This document shows positions 58,364 to 64,000 of a stretch of DNA of 64,000 nt, in pieces. How positions within the stretch are numbered: position 1 is the first letter of the stretch; every line of letters begins with the position of its first letter. Where the stretch lies: contig OZ253444.1 in assembly GCA_965261065.1 (NCBI GenBank), forward strand, positions 6,838,902 to 6,902,901, given 5' to 3'. The DNA comes from Bryobacterales bacterium. Lineage in GTDB: Bacteria > Acidobacteriota > Terriglobia > Bryobacterales > UBA6623. Under the pieces are notes generated by a model. That model was not told the origin of the DNA. It made no database searches and was given only the letters and a program-made list of their open reading frames with translations. The translations under genes and the position numbers were made by a program.

Positions 58364-59053
58364 ATGATCGTTCTGGCTCTCGATACGACTAGCCGTTCGG
58401 GGAGTGTTGCCCTTGCGTCCGGCGACGAGATTCTCGAAGCGAAAGCCGTGGAAGCCCCCGATGGGTTCGGGCAGGTGGTTTATCAGGAGATCCGTGATCT
58501 GTTGCAGAGGCACGGCGTTGGGCTCGAGGAGGTTGATTGCTACGCCGGCGCGACCGGGCCTGGCTCGTTCACCGGAATACGCATTGGGTTGACGGCGGTC
58601 AAGGCGCTGGCGGAGGTGCACGGCAAGCCGGTGGTGGGCGTGTCGAACCTGCGGGCGATTGCATCGTGTGTGGCGGGTGCCTATCGGGTTCCGGTGATGG
58701 ACGCGCGGCGGGGGGAGGCGTACGCCGCTGTTTACGACGAGGGTCTGCGGGCGGCGGTGCCGGAGGTCGTGACGGGTTGGCGGGATTTTTTGGAATTGCT
58801 GGCGGGGCGCGAGGTGACGTTCGCGGCTGTGAACGCCGCGCTGTTTGGGGAGGATGGGGTTGCGCCGTTGACAGGACAGGGAAGTCGGCGGGAGGTTGTG
58901 GCGGAACCGCTCGCCGGGGCGGTGGCGCGGCTTGCGGTTGTTGAGTGCCGGGAGGGCCGGGGGATTACGCCCGAGGCGCTTGATGCGAATTATGTTCGCC
59001 GGCCTGATGCCGAGTTGAATTGGAAGGATCCGGCGGCGGGGGTGGGGCGTTGA
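58364..59053 (+). CDS. tsaB: tRNA t6A biosynthesis protein TsaB
   Basis: VLALDTT, GPGSFTGIRIG, DARRGEAY, ANYVRRPDAE. Confidence 0.95.
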   Translation: MIVLALDTTSRSGSVALASGDEILEAKAVEAPDGFGQVVYQEIRDLLQRHGVGLEEVDCYAGATGPGSFTGIRIGLTAVKALAEVHGKPVVGVSNLRAIASCVAGAYRVPVMDARRGEAYAAVYDEGLRAAVPEVVTGWRDFLELLAGREVTFAAVNAALFGEDGVAPLTGQGSRREVVAEPLAGAVARLAVVECREGRGITPEALDANYVRRPDAELNWKDPAAGVGR

Positions 59054-59305
59054 CGGGCGAACCGAGCTTGCTTCCACAACCCAAGTACGCTTCCGCAAAC
59101 CAAACTCAGAGCCGCGGGCCTCAGGGGCCGTGAAAAAATCGGGGAGTCCACGGTTGACACTGCGGGGAGCCTCGCGGCAACTCATCGTGCAAGTTGAGGC
59201 CTCCAACGACACAACCGAGCCGCGGGTGGGAACCCGCGGTTCCCTCTGGGCGCAACCCGGTGCCGCCAACCACGAAGCCAAGCCCCGGTACGGGGCGATG
59301 GAAAG

Positions 59306-61199
59306 ATCGGGTCGGGTGACGGGGATTGCGCCCCGGCACCCTCCCACACCACCGGACATACGGTTTTCCGTATCCGGCGGTTGGACCCAGCGACTTTACC
59401 CGTACGCCGCAAGATCCGATGGCACCACCAACCCGTAGCGCTTCAGAATGGCGTTCGACAGCCCCGTGTGCAACAACACATGATGCGCCATACTCCACGC
59501 TCCACGACGCGTCGCGACTACACGCAGCAGCCCTTCGCCCACCCCCAGCCGCCGTAACGCTCTCTGGCGGCCGCGCTTCTTGTGCCAACGCAGCCAAAAG
59601 CACTTCCGCATGTGTCGCCGGATCCAACCTTCCAGCCGAAAGACATTCCGACGCTGCTGGGCCAGCCGGTACTATCCCCACCAGCCCACCACGTATCGCC
59701 GCCACTCGTCGCGTAACGCCCGACTCGTGACACTGCGACCACTGCGCCAAATCTCTCGCACCTTCTGCTTGAATCGTGCAACACTCTGCGGCGCTACTTC
59801 TCGCTGCCCTTGGCGGTTGATTCGAAACCCCAGAAACTTTCGCTCCCACGGCCTCCCTGCCCCGCTCTTGGCACGGTTCACTCGCAAACGCAGATGCCTC
59901 TCGATCCAGTCCCCGATCCCCGCCAACACTCGCTTCGCCGCCGCCTCGCTGCTCACATAGACGTTGCAGTCGTCGGCATAACGGCAAAAGCGCAGCCCGC
60001 GGTTCTCCAGTTCCCGATCCAGCGCATCCAGATAGAGGTTCGCCAGCAACGGAGACAGCGGCCCGCCTTGTGGCGTGCCCTCCTCGCTTCGAACCACCAC
60101 CCCCGCCGCCATCACCCCGGCCCGCAGATACCGTCCGATCAACCGCAACACCTTCTTGTCCCGAATCACTTCCGCGATCCGTTGCATCAGAATGTCATGG
60201 TTGACGTGGTCGAAGAACTGCGCGATATCGATATCCACCACCCAGTCCTTGCCCTCGCGGACGTATCCTTGCGCCGCTCGTACGGCGTCGTGCGCGCTGC
60301 GCCTCGGACGAAAACCGTAGCTCGACTCGCTGAACCGAGGATCGAAAATCGGTTGCAACACTTGCAGCAATGCTTGCTGTACCACCCGATCCATCACCGT
60401 CGGTATGCCGAGCCGACGCGTCCCCCCGTTCGGCTTCGGGATGTCCACCCGCCTCACCGGGCTCGGCGTCCATCGCCCGGCCACGAGTTTCGCCCGCATC
60501 TTCGCGCCGTGGCGCTGCCAATGAACTTCGAGTTCGTCGACGGTCATCCGATCGATCCCAGCCGCGCCGCAATTGCGTTTGACCGCCGCCCGCGCCCGCG
60601 CCAAGTTCGGCTCGGCGACCACCTGGTCCATCAGATCTTCGTGCATCACTTTCTGTCGAGAGTCTCGCGACACTCGCCCTGGCTTCCACCGACCTCTGCC
60701 CGCAGCGGCTCCACCGCTTCTGCGTCGGCCTGCTCCCCGTTTCGTTCCCCCACCGGGGAAGGACCTTGCGGCCCGGGACTCCGGGAAACCTCTTGGGCAC
60801 TGTATCAGTCGCTCCTCTAGCTTTGCTCCTTGGTCCTTCGGCCCTTGGCTCCAGCGGCGTTACCCGCCTTCTCGGCTACTATGGCCTCTGCTGACTTCTC
60901 CTTCGCTCTCACGCAGGAGCCCTCCCCAGGTAAGGTGCTGTTTCTTTCCCTTCCTACCGTCCGGCTCTACCTCGCACGTCTGGATGGACTTTGGGCTTTA
61001 CTGTGGCTAGCCAGCTCGCCGCCCGTACGCGGCCTCTCTGCCGGTTCGTGTTCCTACGGTCGAAGGTTTGTTTCCCGCTGCCTTCAGCTTGGCTCGCGGC
61101 GTTGGCCACGAGATCCACCTTGCGGTTCCCTACGGTTACCTCCATCGGTTCCGGTGAGTACGTTGCAACTCACAAGTAAACAGCCCATGCTGGGCACAC
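59306..61199 (-). mobile_element. Group II intron, class IIC
   Basis: 5' GTGTGCCCAGCATGGG; short D5 with CGC triad (AACCGCCGGATACGGAAAACCGTATGTCCGGTGGTGTGG); D6 ending ...ACCCGAT; encodes an RT; inserted 3 nt after a hairpin. Confidence 0.95.
59396..60673 (-). pseudogene. ltrA: Group II intron RT/maturase with a premature stop
   Basis: RRLGIPTVMDR, SYGFRP, DIAQFFD, GTPQGGPLSP, RYADD; in-frame TAG at 59672-59674, after which YRLAQ...WIRRHMRKCFWLRW continues; no endonuclease domain. Confidence 0.92.
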
Positions 61200-61239
61200 T
61201 AGCCCACGACGCCAGTCGTGGGAAGAAGCCGCCAAACGG

Positions 61240-61630
61240 CGGGTCCTTCCTCCCGTACCACGGATCAAAGTCCCTCTCGCGCTTCCACAACACATGCAGC
61301 AGGACCGCCAACTTGCGCGCCACCGCCACCACCGCCTTGCGCTTGGCCGCCTTGCCGCCCCGCGCCGCCAACCGCAGTCCTCAACGCCGCAGCTGCGAGT
61401 CGTCGCCGTGGCGTCCCAACACGTATTGCGCACATTGCACCAGCAGCTTCCGCAGCATCGGATCCCCGCTCTTGGTGACGCTCAGCTGCGGGGAGATCGC
61501 CCCCGAGTCACGCTTCTTCGGACGGAGCCCCCTCCGCGGTCCCGCCCCGCGGCTGCTCTTCAACTTCGTGGCGTCGTTGTCCAGGTTCAGCACGCACGCC
61601 AACGACGTGATCGGCCCCACGCCACGGTAG
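61240..61630 (-). pseudogene. IS110-family transposase C-terminal fragment
   Basis: GVGPITS...SG..SPQLSVTKSGDPMLRKLLVQCAQYVLG...DSQLRR*GLRLAARGGKAAKRKAVVAVARKLAVLLH; TGA at 61381-61383; N-terminal DEDD domain absent. Confidence 0.88.
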
Positions 61631-61653
61631 GGGCGGGGCGAAGCCCGCTGCCC
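61627..61653 (+). repeat. GTAG-type REP palindrome at the IS110 truncation point
   Basis: GTAG-GGGCGGGGCGAAGCCCGCTGCCC. Confidence 0.55.
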
Positions 61654-61842
61654 GGGAGCGTACCGCACTCCCGAGACCGCGAGTCTCCTCATTTCATCTC
61701 GGTTTCTTGCGTTGGCACGGATTCGCGCCGAGAACTCCGGTGGTGGCGTGAAACCTGATTAGGATGCCGGCTACCGATCAGCCCAATGGTTTGATCAGGC
61801 CGCGGCTGATTGTCCCCAGCATTTTTTCACAGCCCCTCACGG

Positions 61843-63681
61843 TCACGGCTCGGGTGCTTGCGTTGCGGCGTCGATGGCGCGCTGCACGTCGGGACGGAGC
61901 TGAATACCCAGCTCGTTCAGCGAGCGGGGCGGGACCGTGGAGGGGGCTTCGCACATCAGGTCGGTGCCCTTGGCGGTTTTGGGGAAGGGGATGACATCGC
62001 GGATCGTCGACTCGCCCGCGAGGATCATAATCAAACGATCGAGCCCTAGGGCGATGCCGCCGTGGGGCGGCGTGCCGTACTCGAGCGCCTCCAGGAAGAA
62101 ACCGAAGCGGTGGTGAGCCTCTTCCTCGCTAAAGCCGAGAGCCGAAAAGACCGTGGCCTGCACGTCCCGGCGGTGAATACGAATTGAGCCCGAGCCCAGC
62201 TCGACTCCGTTCAACACCAGATCGTAGGCTTTCGAGCGGCACTGGGCCGGATCGGTGGTGAGCTTGTCGATGTCTTCGTCGTGAACGGACGTGAAGGGAT
62301 GGTGGGCCGACTCCCAGCGCTTCTCCTCCTCGTCCCACTCGAACATCGGGAAGTCGGTGACCCACAAGAATCGGAAGTCGGCCGGGTTGAACAGGTTGTG
62401 GCGGTCGCGGTATTTCTGCGCCACCTGTAGGCGCAACGACCCGGCAGCCTTCAAGGCACTCTCGGCCGGTTTCGGCGTGGTGGGGGTGTCGGCGGTGGTG
62501 CAAAGCACGAGCAGATCGCCCTCCTCTACATCGACGCGCTCCCGGACTGCGGTCATCGGCTCGGCGAAGTCGCGATCGAGCCGTTTCATGTCGTCGAAGA
62601 CACGCAGGTCTAGTTCGTTGCCGATGGGCTTCAGTTCGTCGCGCTCACGGCGGGTCAGCGTGCCGACCTTGGGGGTGCGGATGGCCACCAGCGGCATGCC
62701 GTCTTTGGTGAGCTCGCCGGCGGGGAAGAGGTCGTCGACGCGCGTCATCGGCGGCAGGCGCAGGTCGGGCTTGTCGCTGCCGTAGCGCTCCATGGCTTCG
62801 GCATAGGTGAGCCGCTCGAAGGGCGGGTCGGGAATCGCGTGGTCGGCGGCTTGGGCCGAGTTGACCATGGCCTTCTCGATCACGTCGAAAATAACGTCCT
62901 GTTGGACGAATGACATTTCGAGGTCAATCTGCGTGAACTCGGGCTGGCGGTCGGCGCGCAGGTCTTCGTCCCGGAAGCAGCGCACGATCTGAAAGTAGCG
63001 GTCGAAGCCGCTGATCATCAACAGTTGCTTGAAGAGTTGCGGCGACTGCGGAAGCGCATAAAAGTTGCCCAGTTGGATGCGGCTTGGAACCAGGAAATCA
63101 CGCGCGCCCTCGGGCGTGGACCGCGTCATGAAAGGCGTTTCGATCTCGAAGAAGTTCTGCTTGTGGAACGCCTCGCGGATCGCGAAGTTCACCTTCTCGC
63201 GCAGCAGGATGTTGCGCTGCATGTGCGGACGGCGGAGATCGATGTAGCGGTATTGCAGGCGCACGTCTTCGCTGACCGAGGCGTCGTCTTCGATCAAGAA
63301 CGGCGGCGTGCGCGACTGGTTGAGCACGTGGAGCTTCTCGACCACCACCTCGACCTCGCCGGTCGCGAGATCGGGATTGATGGTGTCGTCGGAGCGGCGG
63401 ATCACCGGGCCCTCGACGGCGATGACGTATTCGCTGCGCAGCATCTCCGCGCGCCGGTGGATCGCGGGATCGTTTTCGGTGTTGAAGACGATCTGAGCGA
63501 TGCCGCTGCGGTCGCGCAGGTGGACGAAGATCAGGCCTCCCAAGTCGCGGCGGCGATGGACCCAGCCCATCAGCACGGCGCGGTTGCCGACATCGGAGGG
63601 GCGCAGGTCGCCGCACAGGTGGGTGCGGCGCAGCTCGCCGAGAAAGTCGAGAGACAGAGAGGCTTCAGACGGAGTTTCCAT
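61843..63681 (-). CDS. aspS: Aspartate--tRNA ligase
   Basis: RTHLCGDL, WVHRRRDLGG, STPEGARDF, ALPQSPQLFKQ, FRDEDLRADRQPEFTQID, PPHGGIALGLDR. Confidence 0.98.
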   Translation of the reverse strand: METPSEASLSLDFLGELRRTHLCGDLRPSDVGNRAVLMGWVHRRRDLGGLIFVHLRDRSGIAQIVFNTENDPAIHRRAEMLRSEYVIAVEGPVIRRSDDTINPDLATGEVEVVVEKLHVLNQSRTPPFLIEDDASVSEDVRLQYRYIDLRRPHMQRNILLREKVNFAIREAFHKQNFFEIETPFMTRSTPEGARDFLVPSRIQLGNFYALPQSPQLFKQLLMISGFDRYFQIVRCFRDEDLRADRQPEFTQIDLEMSFVQQDVIFDVIEKAMVNSAQAADHAIPDPPFERLTYAEAMERYGSDKPDLRLPPMTRVDDLFPAGELTKDGMPLVAIRTPKVGTLTRRERDELKPIGNELDLRVFDDMKRLDRDFAEPMTAVRERVDVEEGDLLVLCTTADTPTTPKPAESALKAAGSLRLQVAQKYRDRHNLFNPADFRFLWVTDFPMFEWDEEEKRWESAHHPFTSVHDEDIDKLTTDPAQCRSKAYDLVLNGVELGSGSIRIHRRDVQATVFSALGFSEEEAHHRFGFFLEALEYGTPPHGGIALGLDRLIMILAGESTIRDVIPFPKTAKGTDLMCEAPSTVPPRSLNELGIQLRPDVQRAIDAATQAPEP

Positions 63682-64000
63682 TACGTTGCTTGCTGTTGTT
63701 GGGCTTGCTGTTGGTCGGCTTGCTGTTGCGCGCCGTATTCGCGGCCCAGCTCAACGTAGCCGGCGGCGTTGCGGCGCGTGCGCTCGAGTTCCTTCTGGCT
63801 CATCGCCCGACTGACCCTCGCCGGCGCTCCTGACACCCAACTGCCGGTGGGAATTTTTTCTCCTTCAAGCACCAGCGAGCCGGCGGCAATGATCGATCCG
63901 GCACCGATGGTCGCTCCGCTGAGAATCGTCGAACCCATCCCGATCAAGCACTCATCTTCGACGACGCAGGCATGCAGCGTAACGGAGTGTCCGACGACGA
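63681..64000 (-). CDS. Gamma carbonic anhydrase family protein, 3' part
   Basis: VVGHSVTLHACVVEDECLIGMGSTILSGATIGAGSIIAAGSLV hexapeptide repeats; stop overlaps the aspS start (TAATG). Confidence 0.88.
   Translation of the reverse strand, partial: VVGHSVTLHACVVEDECLIGMGSTILSGATIGAGSIIAAGSLVLEGEKIPTGSWVSGAPARVSRAMSQKELERTRRNAAGYVELGREYGAQQQADQQQAQQQQAT

Noticed and set aside
59140-59305. IS110 bridge/seek RNA
   Set aside because: The segment is made of REP-like palindromes, and the IS110 is only an internal fragment without defined ends, so there is no support for assigning it.
1804-59674. Amber (TAG) recoding suggested by in-frame TAGs in the parE stub, IS1595, IS1380 and the intron RT
   Set aside because: Each TAG is one substitution from the expected codon (CAG seen in IS1595 copy 2; TCG and TAC inferred) for differing amino acids. 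Host genes such as accB (14141) and DUF1553 (55025) end at TAG, and TGA and TAA lesions also occur.
5739-60820. Long antisense or alternate-frame ORFs (5739-6938, 13097-14077, 33495-34856, 52374-53570, 56853-57911, 59810-60820 and similar)
   Set aside because: They overlap well-supported genes, have Arg/Pro/Ala-rich shadow composition and lack motifs, as expected in high-GC DNA.

Overview
High-GC bacterial chromosome segment. Gene content, including TPR/FG-GAP proteins, PD40 propellers, Hanks kinases and REP-like palindromes, points to Acidobacteriota (inference). Housekeeping backbone: rnpB, OPT transporter, accC-accB-M24 peptidase, pilM-like/AMIN genes, an NtrC-type two-component system, nfeD-slipin-SPOR-lipA-lnt, S9 peptidase, tsaB, aspS and a gamma-CA family gene. 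Accessory highlights: (1) a 71-bp direct repeat of the rnpB promoter plus its first 52 nt brackets a toxin-antitoxin cassette (addiction-module antitoxin, dead parE-like stub, hicBA); (2) a nest of four IS elements (two IS1595, IS1380, IS630), each with its own target duplication, splits an operon that reconstructs in frame; (3) an IS4-like element with an accessory ORF splits the gene downstream of an FHA-protease/PP2C/Ser-Thr kinase module; (4) a pentaheme cytochrome-TPR gene is paired with a TPR/FG-GAP/ASPIC lipoprotein; (5) a 168-bp direct repeat flanks an RHS relic next to a RAYT-like relic; (6) a class IIC group II intron is inserted at a REP-like hairpin beside an IS110 fragment; (7) at least three dispersed REP-like families occur, one with covarying stems. 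All family calls come from motif recognition by eye; no database search was run.
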